A DNA stretch of 56,244 nt, counting the filler, from an uncultured virus (IMG/VR IMGVR_UViG_2061766007_002158) (taxonomy: Duplodnaviria; Heunggongvirae; Uroviricota; Caudoviricetes). It is 6 parts of one record of this genome, joined end to end, with 100 filler letters (N's around TTAATTAATTAA, not from the genome) between each part and the next. Parts side by side here need not be neighbours in the genome. Positions count along the whole stretch, not along the records: positions 28,296 to 36,627 come from IMGVR_UViG_2061766007_002158; positions 36,728 to 54,386 come from IMGVR_UViG_2061766007_002158; 4 more parts are not named here. One strand, 5' to 3'. The notes under the pieces were generated by a model that saw only the letters and a list, made by a program, of their open reading frames with translations, ran no database searches and was not told where the DNA came from. A program made the translations under genes and the position numbers. Below are positions 33,710 through 42,900 of this stretch, one piece after another (position 1 is the first letter of the stretch; each line of letters begins with the position of its first letter).

Positions 33710-35018
33710 TGTTACGTGGAATCATCATTTGAGGGACGCGGCGTTGCCGTATGACTGGGGTGTGGATGTGATTGACAGCGGCAGATATACAACAGATATT
33801 CCGCTATATCCCAATCTTAGTGGAACCGTCATCATTTCGCCGTTTTTCCTTAAACGTGTGAAAGAGGTCGTCAACATGGCTCTCAACGCGGGTTTCCGAT
33901 ATGTTATTCTCGATACGCACCATGATACGGCCGATTTTAACGCTGCGAGCAGCAGAACGCTGTATTATGCCAAAAATGTAACAGGATTACCGTGGTTGAC
34001 AGACATTCCCTATCAGTTATTCCATTGCAGCAATAGATTAGGCTACAGACTCGAAAATGTTGACGGCATGACGGCTGAAAAAGATTTTCAAAACATGTGT
34101 GATTATATGTATCAACTCTGGACGATGATTGCAACAGAATTCAAGGATTACGATTATCGCCTGATCTTCGAGGGATTTAATGAAATGCTCAACTGNNNNN
34201 NNNNNCTGACGGACATTCCCTATCAGTTATTTCATTGCAGCAATAGATTAGGCCCCAGACTCGAAAATGTTGACGGCATGACGGCTGAAAAAGATTTTCA
34301 AAATATGTGCGATTATATGTATAAAATATGGACGATGATCGCAACAGAATTCAAAGATTACGATTATCGCCTGATCTTCGAGGGATTTAATGAAATGCTC
34401 AACTGGGCACGAGCATGGGACCAGACATATCATGCGGGAAATGGAAATGAAGTTACCGCGACACAGCACCAGAGGTTTAACGCCTTTAATAACACATTTA
34501 TCAAGGCGGTCAGAAACGCTGGTGGCGCTTATAATCCGACACGAGTGCTGTCCTGCGAAACATTCGGCGCTACCACAACGGATTTTATTGTCAATGGGTT
34601 TAATCTTTCAAATGTGCCCGACTCTTTTAGGGACACAAATTATTGCCTCACTGGCAGTGAAATAAGTGCTGAAAACAGCCGCATCATTTTGCAAGCGCAT
34701 TATTATAATGATGTTCCGAACAACTTCCGGACGGCTGCTGAAAGCGTCGCGTCCGCCGGGCTTCCCGTGATATTCGGTGAGGTCGGATGGCATGTCAACA
34801 GCAGTGGGCCGTCAGATTTGTATAACTTTGGCTATAATCTTGTACAGAAAGCCAAAAGTGCTGGTGCCAAAGTGTTCTGGTGGGACAACAACAAGACCGG
34901 CACGGGAAAAGATTGCTACGGCGTGCTGAACAGGTGGAACACGAAGAACGGGTCCGTGGTATGGGACAAGGAAGCGCTGAAAAACGGCCTGATCGCCGGC
35001 GCGGCGGCGACGGTGTAA
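33710..35018 (+). CDS. GH5 (endoglucanase/xyloglucanase-like) catalytic domain, two overlapping allelic contigs
   Basis: EFKDYDYRLIFEGFNE (acid/base Glu), QAHYY, PVIFGEVG (nucleophile Glu), FWWDN; further allele at 35225-35511. Confidence 0.9.
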
Positions 35019-35058
35019 CAACGCAAATATATCGCAAATATATTAAGAAGGTGACTGG

Positions 35059-35214
35059 ATGAGCATAAACAAGCTTGATAAAATTCCCAAAAACAGGGAT
35101 ATTGTGATTTTATACAATCGCATAATAAATATTATCAATAAACTAAAAACCGGGCAACAAAGTGTTGCTTATACAACAGAAGAAATATATCTGAACCCCG
35201 ATGATTTTGAAACG
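35059..35214 (+). CDS. Tail-associated protein N-terminal fragment
   Basis: MSINKLDKIPKNRDIVILYNRII; AAGGTGA RBS; distantly like 35530. Confidence 0.5.
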
Positions 35215-35529
35215 NNNNNNNNNNAGACGGCTGCTGAAAGCGTCGCGTCAACCGGGCTACCCGTGATATTCGGTGAGGTCGGATGGCATATCAACAGCGG
35301 TGCGCCGTCAGATTTGTATAACTTTGGCTATAATCTTGTGCAGAAAGCCAAAAGTACTGGTGCTAAGGTGTTCTGGTGGGACAACAACAAGACCGGCACG
35401 GGAAAAGATTGCTACGGCGTGCTGAACAGATGGAACACCAAGAACGGAACCGTGGCATGGGACAAGGAAACGCTGAAGAACGGTCTAATTGCCGGTGCCA
35501 ACGCGACATAATTGAGGAGGGATTTTACA

Positions 35530-35757
35530 ATGAATGCATCCGACAAATTGCCCCGCAGCGGGTATATTCAGCCATTGTACGATTACATCGTCGGGCTGAT
35601 CAAAAAGCTGGACGCAAACACACAGAGCCTGCGTTCCCGCATGGACGCCCTCGCGGCTTCTCCTGCAGGTTCCGGCGGCGACGTTGGCACAGAAGTGAGG
35701 GACGCGAGGGTTGGCTGGGACGGGACGGAATACGCAAGTCTCGGAGACGCGGTGAGG
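35530..35757 (+). CDS. Tail-associated protein N-terminus with EVRDAR...Y.SLGDAVR motif
   Basis: Motif typical of Firmicutes phage tail appendage proteins; GAGGAGG RBS. Confidence 0.65.
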
Positions 35758-35971
35758 NNNNNNNNNNGAAGTTTACAACAGTGAAAAAGGATACACGCTT
35801 CACATGTACGTCGGAATACCGATTTCTTTTCTGCATATTTGGAGACACCTACAGCAAAACGGCATGGGTGAAGGATTACACCTTTAACGCTGATACCGAG
35901 AATGTGATGATTGTCATTACTAAAGACCCGGAAGTGGNNNNNNNNNNNNNNNNNNNNNNNNNNNNNNNNCC

Positions 35972-36627
35972 GCCGCGCTGTCTGCGTTCACTGTTTCAAC
36001 CGTTTCAATGGCTTCATACAGTAACAGCAATATTGATACTTCCGACACGTCGGAAGCAATTCCGTCGTACTTTGCAAGCGCCTTGGAACAGGTCGTTCCG
36101 ATTGTTCAGGGGAAAAACTTGTTGTCGGCACGTCACGGCTGTTCGTTTATCGTGGCTGCCGACCATCATTTCAACAACCAAAGCGGCACCAGCACGTACA
36201 ACAACGCAGGAAAGTCCTTGCTGCTGGCTTCTCAAATATCTAAGGTTACCAACAACCGCCTTTTCATATCGCTGGGCGATGTACTGTCAGAGAATCACAC
36301 CAAAAGTGAGAGTCTGCGTATTTTGAGAGATTTTTACCTCGGCGCGTTTTGTTATTTCGGTACGGGGTACCGTGCGCTGTTTGGCAACCACGATCATAAT
36401 GTCTCTGAAAACAGCAATGACCTGATCACGGATGATGAATTTTACAGCTGTGCTGTCAAGGGCTTTGAAAACGAGGTTATTTCGCACGGCAATTTATATT
36501 ACTATTGGGATAACCCCAATAGCGGAATCAGGTTTATCTGCCTGAATTTCGGCGAAGAAGGCAGATATGATGAAGCTCAGTTAAGCTGGCTGCATAACGT
36601 GTTGATTACCGCGCCTGACGGCTACAG
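35972..36627 (+). CDS. Calcineurin-like metallophosphoesterase domain (tail-region gene fragment)
   Basis: ADHH, LGDV and FGNHD metal-binding motifs; YYYWD...IRFICL; QLSWL. Confidence 0.85.
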
Positions 36628-36762
36628 NNNNNNNNNNNNNNNNNNNNNNNNNNNNNNNNNNNNNNNNNNNNTTAATTAATTAANNNNNNNNNNNNNNNNN
36701 NNNNNNNNNNNNNNNNNNNNNNNNNNNGCGGGCGGCATTGAAAAAGGCGGTGGGGTGAGAAG

Positions 36763-37173
36763 ATGAACATTGAAAAAACGACCATTCTCACAGCGGTGGG
36801 CGCATTCGGCGCGGCGCTGGTAGGAGAATGGGACGGAGCGATCATTACGCTGCTGCTCTTCATGGTCGCCGACTGGCTCACTGGCTTAACCGTGGCAGGG
36901 ATATTCAAAAAATCTCCGAAAACTGAAACTGGAGCACTCGAAAGCAACGCCGGACTCAAAGGCTTATGTCGCAAGGGTGCAATGCTGCTGATCGTGCTGG
37001 TTGCTTACCGCCTTGACTTAATGGCAGGGCTGCACAGCATATTGCGAACGGGGACGATTGTCGCGCTTGCTACAAACGAAGCGCTAAGTATTTTGGAGAA
37101 TGTCGGGTTGATGGGCGTGAATTACCCGCCTATTATTAAAAATGCCATTGATAAGCTGCAAGGGAAAAACTGA
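36763..37173 (+). CDS. Phage holin (holin_4_1 type), last gene of this prophage copy
   Basis: Near-identical to 2187-2603. Confidence 0.9.
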   Translation: MNIEKTTILTAVGAFGAALVGEWDGAIITLLLFMVADWLTGLTVAGIFKKSPKTETGALESNAGLKGLCRKGAMLLIVLVAYRLDLMAGLHSILRTGTIVALATNEALSILENVGLMGVNYPPIIKNAIDKLQGKN

Positions 37174-37189
37174 AATAAGAGATTTTACC

Positions 37190-37212
37190 GTAATATACAC
37201 GTAATATACAAA
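37190..37212 (+). repeat. Integrase arm-type site at the lysis-side prophage end
   Basis: GTAATATACAC-GTAATATACA-AA; identical 23-mer at 38045-38067 downstream of the tyrosine integrase. Confidence 0.7.
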
Positions 37213-37424
37213 AATGCCGATAAAAGCCTGATTTTGGATATATCTTTATTAATATAAAGTTAAAATTCATTCGGCAAAAAAATTAACAAATCTATATCAT
37301 ATAAAATTTATTATAAAATTGTAGATTTTATCCTGTTGGTATGATATAATTATTTTCAATCGAAAATGCGGCATATGCTGTTTTTATTATACCGGACAGA
37401 ACGCTCCATAAAGAAGGTAATTCC

Positions 37425-37981
37425 ATGATGAAGCTATATCGCACCGATAACAAGGTGTTAAAAGAAATAAAAGAGATCAAGGACGGATGCTGGGTCAATA
37501 TGGTAGACCCTTCATACAATGAGGTTGCTGAGATTGCAGGGCATTTCGATATTGACGAAGCCGACATTATGGCAGCGCTCGACGATGAAGAAAGCTCCCG
37601 TATCGAGCTGGAGGACGGTTACACACTGATTCTGATCGACATTCCGTCGGTCGAGGTCAGACATGACAAGAACCGCCATACCACTATCCCTCTCGGCATA
37701 CTCATCACACAGACGGCAATTATCACTGTTTGTACAGTGGAAACGCCAATTCTCAACGATTTTATCAGCAAACGCATTAAGGATTTCAGCACCAAGAAGA
37801 AAATGCGATTTATTTACCAGATTATTGCTCGCACTATCTCCTTCTATCAGTCCACGCTTCGCACCATCGACAAGATGCGCACCGAGATAGAAGAACGCGT
37901 AGGGGACAACACAACCGATACCGACCTGATCGACCTGCACGAGCTGGAATCCACATTGGTGTATTTTGCCACATCGCTCAA
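37425..37981 (+). CDS. corA: Host CorA-family magnesium transporter, 3' truncated
   Basis: CWVNMVDP...ALDDEESSRIELEDGYTLILIDIP...TIPLGI...LVYFATSL; upstream TGATATAAT extended -10. Confidence 0.9.
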
Positions 37982-38044
37982 NNNNNNNNNNTTAAGGGCT
38001 TTCCACATTTTTTATTTGCGTGATTTTTAGGTATTTTTTAAGAG

Positions 38045-38067
38045 GTAATATACACGTAATATACAAA
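38045..38067 (+). repeat. Integrase arm-type site at the integrase-side prophage end
   Basis: Identical to 37190-37212. Confidence 0.7.
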
Positions 38068-38080
38068 CTTGGACGATGAG

Positions 38081-38124
38081 AACCCCCTGCGCTGACGGTA
38101 TCAGTTGGCGCAGGGGGTTTTTTT
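38081..38124. terminator. Terminator hairpin at the integrase 3' end
   Basis: AACCCCCTGCGC...GCGCAGGGGGTT followed by a T run on +. Confidence 0.75.
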
Positions 38125-39130
38125 AATTGACTTTTTTGATCTGCTCGGCGAGGTAGCCGACGTCGGTATGGGTATAATGCTTTACCGTGAATCCATAGTC
38201 AGCATGGCCCATGATCTGTGTAATAGCCAGTGCGTCCACACCTTCCCGCCCCATCAGGGTGGCGAAGGTGTGGCGGGTGCAATGGGGCGTTTTGCCTTCG
38301 ATGTGCAGCTGCTCCATGAGCCGGTCGAAGTGAGTACGGAAGCTGCTTTGATTGATGGGCGTCAGTCTGCCGAACGGATCCGCGCAGGCGTCATATTTCG
38401 CTTTGACATATTTTTCGATTTTCGAGTGTATCGGCACGGTTCGGCCTCGTCCTGCTTCTGTTTTGAGTCCTCCCGTGATGATTCCCTGGGACAAGTCAAC
38501 ATCCGTTTTGCGGATGTTTAAAAATTCCTGCACGCGGAATCCGGTGTACAGCAGGATAAGAACCGCGTCCGCATAGGGAAGATCATCATTTTCAAACAGA
38601 AGTTGAATCTCAATGTCTGAGAAAATGTTCTTCTCCTTTGCTTCGTTCTTTCCGACTTTGATATACTGCGAGTAATCACGCTGCACTATGTCATTCTGGA
38701 TGGCGTATTTATACAGATAGCTGCATACCACTTTCATATTGTTGCGGGTGGAATATCCTTTGCCGCAGCCGTCGATGACCGCTTGAATCTCTGCTGTCCG
38801 TATTTCCGAGAACTGCTTATCGTGCAGCGGCGATAAATTGTTATAGGCTGCCCGGTAGGAGTCGTTTGTCTGGCGGCTCAAATCGCGCAAGCCTGATTTT
38901 GACCAATCAGCCCACAAGTCCGCAAAGGTGAGCTTGGATTTGACTACCAGATGAGGATCCACCGTGTAGGCTGCCAGCGCCTGCTGCGCTTCCTTGCGGG
39001 TGGGATAGTAACCTATGTAGCGATAGAGCTGTTTGCCGTCAATCCAGCCCTCTGTGACTCGGACGGCATAAGGGTTCCGGCGGCGCTTACCGAGATTGAC
39101 AATGCCGCCCATTCCGTTGGCGTTTTTCAT
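38123..39130 (-). CDS. int: Tyrosine recombinase / phage integrase
   Basis: N-terminal arm-binding NANGMG.I...RRNPY; catalytic TGFR, KT, HCTRH, MGH, Y. Confidence 0.95.
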   Translation of the reverse strand: MKNANGMGGIVNLGKRRRNPYAVRVTEGWIDGKQLYRYIGYYPTRKEAQQALAAYTVDPHLVVKSKLTFADLWADWSKSGLRDLSRQTNDSYRAAYNNLSPLHDKQFSEIRTAEIQAVIDGCGKGYSTRNNMKVVCSYLYKYAIQNDIVQRDYSQYIKVGKNEAKEKNIFSDIEIQLLFENDDLPYADAVLILLYTGFRVQEFLNIRKTDVDLSQGIITGGLKTEAGRGRTVPIHSKIEKYVKAKYDACADPFGRLTPINQSSFRTHFDRLMEQLHIEGKTPHCTRHTFATLMGREGVDALAITQIMGHADYGFTVKHYTHTDVGYLAEQIKKVN

Positions 39131-39146
39131 TTATGAAATTCCTCCC

Positions 39147-39210
39147 TTGACACTTCGGGAGAAATCTGCTATTATATAGACAGACTTCCCTCTATCCCTT
39201 TGAGGGTAAG
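39147..39210 (+). ncRNA. Putative antisense sRNA cassette upstream of the tyrosine integrase (promoter + 5' part, truncated by gap)
   Basis: TTGACA(39147)-N17-TATTAT(39170); the following 35 nt are identical to the copy at 54960-54994 (minus strand). Confidence 0.6.
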
Positions 39211-39220
39211 NNNNNNNNNN

Positions 39221-39470
39221 CGTTGAAGATGCCTTTTTCAGCGTCTTTCATCATCTGTTGAAATTCTTCCCTTTTATCGGTGGATTTGCCGGAAACGGCT
39301 TTGTCCGCATATATTTTGACGATCGTGATGCCGTTGCGCTCCGCAAAATCGGTACACTCGCGGATTTGTCCTTCTATACTCTCTTCCCTCTGCCCGCTGG
39401 AGCTATAACGGGCGTAGATAGCGGCGCGGTAGGCGCTGGCGGTTTCATTATTTCTTTTGGATTTTGACAT
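39221..39470 (-). CDS. Large serine recombinase, N-terminal fragment
   Basis: AAIYARYSSSGQREESIEGQ...YADKAVSG...REEFQQMMKD resolvase motif with catalytic Ser. Confidence 0.9.
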
Positions 39471-39501
39471 GGTGATTTCTCCTTTGGGTGTTGAAAAATG
39501 A

Positions 39502-39626
39502 TTGACACTTCGGGAGAAATCTGCTATGATATAGACAGACTTCCCCATTTTGTCCGTTTTGGGTGAGGTTCTACGCTTTCCTTTCCTCTATCGGCTATTG
39601 CGAGTGGCTGGTAGAGGATTTTTTTT
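39502..39626 (+). ncRNA. Putative ~90-nt antisense sRNA (promoter to terminator) upstream of a serine integrase
   Basis: TTGACA(39502)-N17-TATGAT(39525); 14-bp hairpin 39584-39618 with G-U pairs valid only on +, then T8. Confidence 0.65.
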
Positions 39627-40053
39627 ATTTTCTGGTGGCGAGATAGCGCATGAATGCAGCGACGGTTATGCAGCTCAGCAGGGAAAGACCTCCGGCAGCG
39701 GCGTAGACCGCCAGCGTGAGAAAGCTGTCCTTGCTATCCGCAATCTCTATGCCGACTATGAGAAGGGTGACGAAAAGAAGGACTCCGACAACAATCCAGA
39801 TTTTATACAGGACATTGCATATGCTCCGGGCGGCTTCGGCTTCGGTTAATGCGTCAGTCGTTAGCTTTTCCTGCTCCGGCTCGTCGGTGAGCTTGTTGAT
39901 CCACTTCCCTTTTCCTACTTCTTTCTGCGGGATGGTATCAGGGCTTTTACTTCGGCTGACTTTGCCACAGTCAGAGCAGAGCCACTGCCGACGACCATTA
40001 TTTGGTGCAATCTCAGTGAGGTTCGTGCTGCCGCACTGGGGACATTTTTTCAT
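39625..40053 (-). CDS. Zinc-ribbon + two-TM membrane protein in the immunity region
   Basis: CPQCG...CSDCG; two hydrophobic C-terminal helices; AGGAGG RBS. Confidence 0.7.
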   Translation of the reverse strand: MKKCPQCGSTNLTEIAPNNGRRQWLCSDCGKVSRSKSPDTIPQKEVGKGKWINKLTDEPEQEKLTTDALTEAEAARSICNVLYKIWIVVGVLLFVTLLIVGIEIADSKDSFLTLAVYAAAGGLSLLSCITVAAFMRYLATRK

Positions 40054-40082
40054 GGTATTACCTCCTATTTTTCACGCAACCA

Positions 40083-40161
40083 TTGACATTTATCACATGA
40101 TGTGTTATTATACTGTCTGTTGTGGTGTTTATACCCTTCTGCCAATCTGACAGAAGGGTAT
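40083..40161 (+). promoter_or_regulatory. Antisense-oriented sigma-A promoter and hairpin downstream of the repressor
   Basis: TTGACA(40083)-N17-TATTAT(40106) with TG extension; ATACCCTTCTG...CAGAAGGGTAT hairpin 40131-40161. Confidence 0.55.
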
Positions 40162-40195
40162 TATAGTCGTCGCTTGTTGATAAAATCCACAACAA

Positions 40196-40930
40196 TTACG
40201 CTTGTTTCTTAACCTCGGTCTCGATGTTTTCCGTGTATTTCGGCATACTGGCGAGATCGTCGGAATAATCAATTAATGTTTTTCTGCCCTTTGAATTAAG
40301 CCTATCAAAATTATGTAATAATCGCTGCTTTTCAAAATCGCTCTCACTGAGTTCCTCGGTGGGGGCTTTTTTTGTTTGGTCTGAGTATAGCAAATCGGAT
40401 ATTGATAAATGAAAAATGTCACACATTATCGCTATATATTCAAGATCAGGCGAATTCTTGCCTTTTACCCAGTTGGTGACGGCTGACGGGCTGATTCCTA
40501 ATTTTTCGGCAAGCTGCTTTTGCGTCATGCCGGATCGTTTTAGGTGATAATCAAGATTTTTTCTTAAAGTGTCCCTTATTGCCTCTTGCATTTGTGGATT
40601 CCTCCCTCCGGCAAGGGGGGAGTTTTCTGTTTGTTGAAAGGCTGATCTTATTTCTGGGTGCTCTCGATATGCTTTTATCAGTGCTTTTTCATGCTCCGAC
40701 AAAAAGTATTCACTTATTTCCGGTTCCTCGATGTTATCACGAACCAAAAAGTCAAGCGACACATCAAAATAAGATGACAACTTTTTGAGCGTTGATAACT
40801 TAATGTTATCATAGCCTGTTTTCCATAGGTTGTCTATCGTTGAGTACGGAATGCCACTGCCAATGGAAAGCTGGCGTTTATTAATGTTTTTATTGACCAT
40901 CAGAATTTCAAGCTTTTCAAGAAAAGTCAT
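40196..40930 (-). CDS. Phage repressor with two XRE helix-turn-helix domains
   Basis: HTH1 KRQLSIGSGIPYSTIDNL...YFDVSLDFL; HTH2 MTQKQLAEKLGISPSAVTNWVKGKNSP; AGGAGGTG RBS. Confidence 0.85.
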   Translation of the reverse strand: MTFLEKLEILMVNKNINKRQLSIGSGIPYSTIDNLWKTGYDNIKLSTLKKLSSYFDVSLDFLVRDNIEEPEISEYFLSEHEKALIKAYREHPEIRSAFQQTENSPLAGGRNPQMQEAIRDTLRKNLDYHLKRSGMTQKQLAEKLGISPSAVTNWVKGKNSPDLEYIAIMCDIFHLSISDLLYSDQTKKAPTEELSESDFEKQRLLHNFDRLNSKGRKTLIDYSDDLASMPKYTENIETEVKKQA

Positions 40931-40955
40931 TTGTTTTCACCTCCTACCAATATAA

Positions 40956-41071
40956 TATAATATAATATTTTTCCCGGGATGTCAAGAAAAAAATTACCAT
41001 GCATGATAAAAAAATACTTGACTTTTCATCATGTATGGTGTAATATACTTATAGATTCACCATACATGATG
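40956..41071. promoter_or_regulatory. Lysis/lysogeny switch: divergent promoters with three palindromic operators
   Basis: Minus TTGACA-N17-TATTAT toward the repressor; plus TTGACT(41018)-N17-TAATAT toward cro; TACCATGCATGATA, CATCATGTATGGTG and CACCATACATGATG. Confidence 0.75.
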
Positions 41072-41089
41072 AATCGAGGAGGTGAGAGC

Positions 41090-41296
41090 ATGTTTGAAAA
41101 TCTCAGACGCGAACTGAAAAACAAGAACATTTCTATGGTCGCTTTTGCTAAAATTCTCGGATGCACTGAAAAATCAGTACAGAACAAGCTCAACGGCGTT
41201 ACAGAATTTACGCTTAGTGAGGTCAAGATGATTTTAGAAATGTTCCCGCAATTCAAACTTGGCTATATTTTTGAGGAGCAGAACAAAACAGCGTAG
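41090..41296 (+). CDS. Cro-like HTH protein
   Basis: 68 aa, AFAKILGCTEKSVQNKLNGVTEFTLSE; GAGGAGGTG RBS; divergent from the repressor. Confidence 0.85.
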   Translation: MFENLRRELKNKNISMVAFAKILGCTEKSVQNKLNGVTEFTLSEVKMILEMFPQFKLGYIFEEQNKTA

Positions 41297-41411
41297 TAAA
41301 GTTAAATTAAGTTTTACTTAATTTCAGAAAGGCGGTGAGGGAGAATGACGATAGAAGAAGCAGAGGAAATTTTAGCAAGAGGCAAACCGCCGTTTTCTGC
41401 TNNNNNNNNNN

Positions 41412-41578
41412 TACGACCTGATTCTCACAGGTGATCTGGGATTTGTGGGAAGCGACCTGCTGCGGCAGCTTCTCACCCGCGAAGGCATAGACCTCGGCGA
41501 CAGACACAACGACTGCGGCATGATGATATTCGACCGTGAAGCGCAGGACGTTCATGCGGGAGGTTCCGGCTGCGGCTG
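41412..41578 (+). CDS. spoVAD: Host stage V sporulation protein AD, fragment
   Basis: YDLILTGDLG.VG...DCGMMIFD...QDVHAGGSGCG. Confidence 0.85.
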
Positions 41579-42131
41579 NNNNNNNNNNNNNNNNNNNNNN
41601 NNNNNNNNNNNNNNNNNNNNNNNGACGGCGGACTGAACAGAGTGCTGGCCATCGCCACAGGGGCGCTGATGTCCACCACCAGCTCATGGCAGGGGGAAAG
41701 CATTCCCGGCGTCGCCCACCTGATAGAATTGCAGACGTTATAGCGAAAGGCGTCACTGTGCGACAAAGGGAATTGTTTTTCCGTATACGGTGAAGTTTTT
41801 GCAGTCCGCAAAAATCCTGACGGCTTCCATCGCGTTGCCGATCTGCATTACTTCATGAACGTCCGACGGATTGATACTGATTGACCGATCGCTCGGTTTC
41901 CGTCATGTTTTCAGCCTCCATGCAGCAAAAATAAGCGAGTCACAGGACAAAAAGCACGGTAAAACCGTAAAAAATCAAATAGCAGACAAAAAATTCCCGA
42001 AGTCCAAGGCATTTTTGAATGCCAAACAACTTCGGGGATTCATTTTTTCAGAAAANNNNNNNNNNNNNNNNNNNNNNNNNNNNNNNNNNNNNNNNNNNNN
42101 NNNNNNNNNNNNNNNNNNNNNNNNNNNNNNN

Positions 42132-42271
42132 AATCGCCGTGACGGTCTGGGGGTCGGCTTTGCCGCGAAGCGCGCGCATAGACTGCCCGATGAGATATTG
42201 CAGCGCCTTCTCCTTGCCGGAGCGATACTCGTCCACCGACTTCTGATTGGCGGCAACGACTTCCTCAATGG
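42132..42271 (-). CDS. gatB: Host Asp/Glu-tRNA amidotransferase subunit B, C-terminal fragment
   Basis: VAANQKSVDEYRSGKEKALQYLIGQSMRALRGKADP. Confidence 0.8.
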
Positions 42272-42281
42272 NNNNNNNNNN

Positions 42282-42596
42282 ATAATCGTGCATTTACAGA
42301 TGACAATCCAAATGGTCCATGTTATTGCACATCACCTAATCAGGATGAAGAAACTATTAGGCAGATGGTCAGTGAGTTTGAATTTTCTGGTGTAAAAGAT
42401 ACGATACGTAGATATGCGGTAGAAATGCTGAATAAGAACCAGATACAAGGTTATCTGGCTTTTGACGGGGAGCTATCTATTGGTTGGTGTAATGCAGCAG
42501 ATATGGAAAGTTATTCTGGATTCGTTCCCGAATTTGCCAGAAAAAGCACTTGCGGAAAAACTATATCTATTGTTTGTTTAGAAATTGCTCCTGAAT
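42282..42596 (+). CDS. Host GNAT-family acetyltransferase fragment
   Basis: CYC...GYLAFDGELSIGWCNA...SIVCLEIAPE. Confidence 0.7.
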
Positions 42597-42730
42597 NNNN
42601 NNNNNNGCAATAGCTGCCGCCCGGGTCTTTTTCCGATTTATTCAGAAAAAACGAATACCATGTTTTTCTGTAAAAATCCCTAGTTGCACAGTGTTGGTAA
42701 ATAGGCTATAATACTTGTAANNNNNNNNNN

Positions 42731-42841
42731 AGCCAGTCAGCGGCCATAAAGATGGCAAGCGTGATCATTCCACCGTCCCAACCTCCGAGCAGAGATGCGA
42801 AAAACGCTCCCACTCCCGTGAGAAAGGTGGCCTTTTCAAAA
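42731..42841 (-). CDS. Holin_4_1 allele fragment
   Basis: FEKATFLTGVGAFFASLLGGWDGGMITLAIFMAADW. Confidence 0.7.
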
Positions 42842-42900
42842 NNNNNNNNNNTGACGTGTTATAATAAAATACTCACAGAAAAGCTGTTGAGTTAAACAAG

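Noticed and set aside
39537..39626. Type I toxin-antitoxin locus
   Set aside because: No conserved small hydrophobic ORF opposite the putative sRNA across the three copies
41624..42055. Possible host gene fragment (and 18832-18954)
   Set aside because: No recognisable family motif or reliable frame; left unannotated
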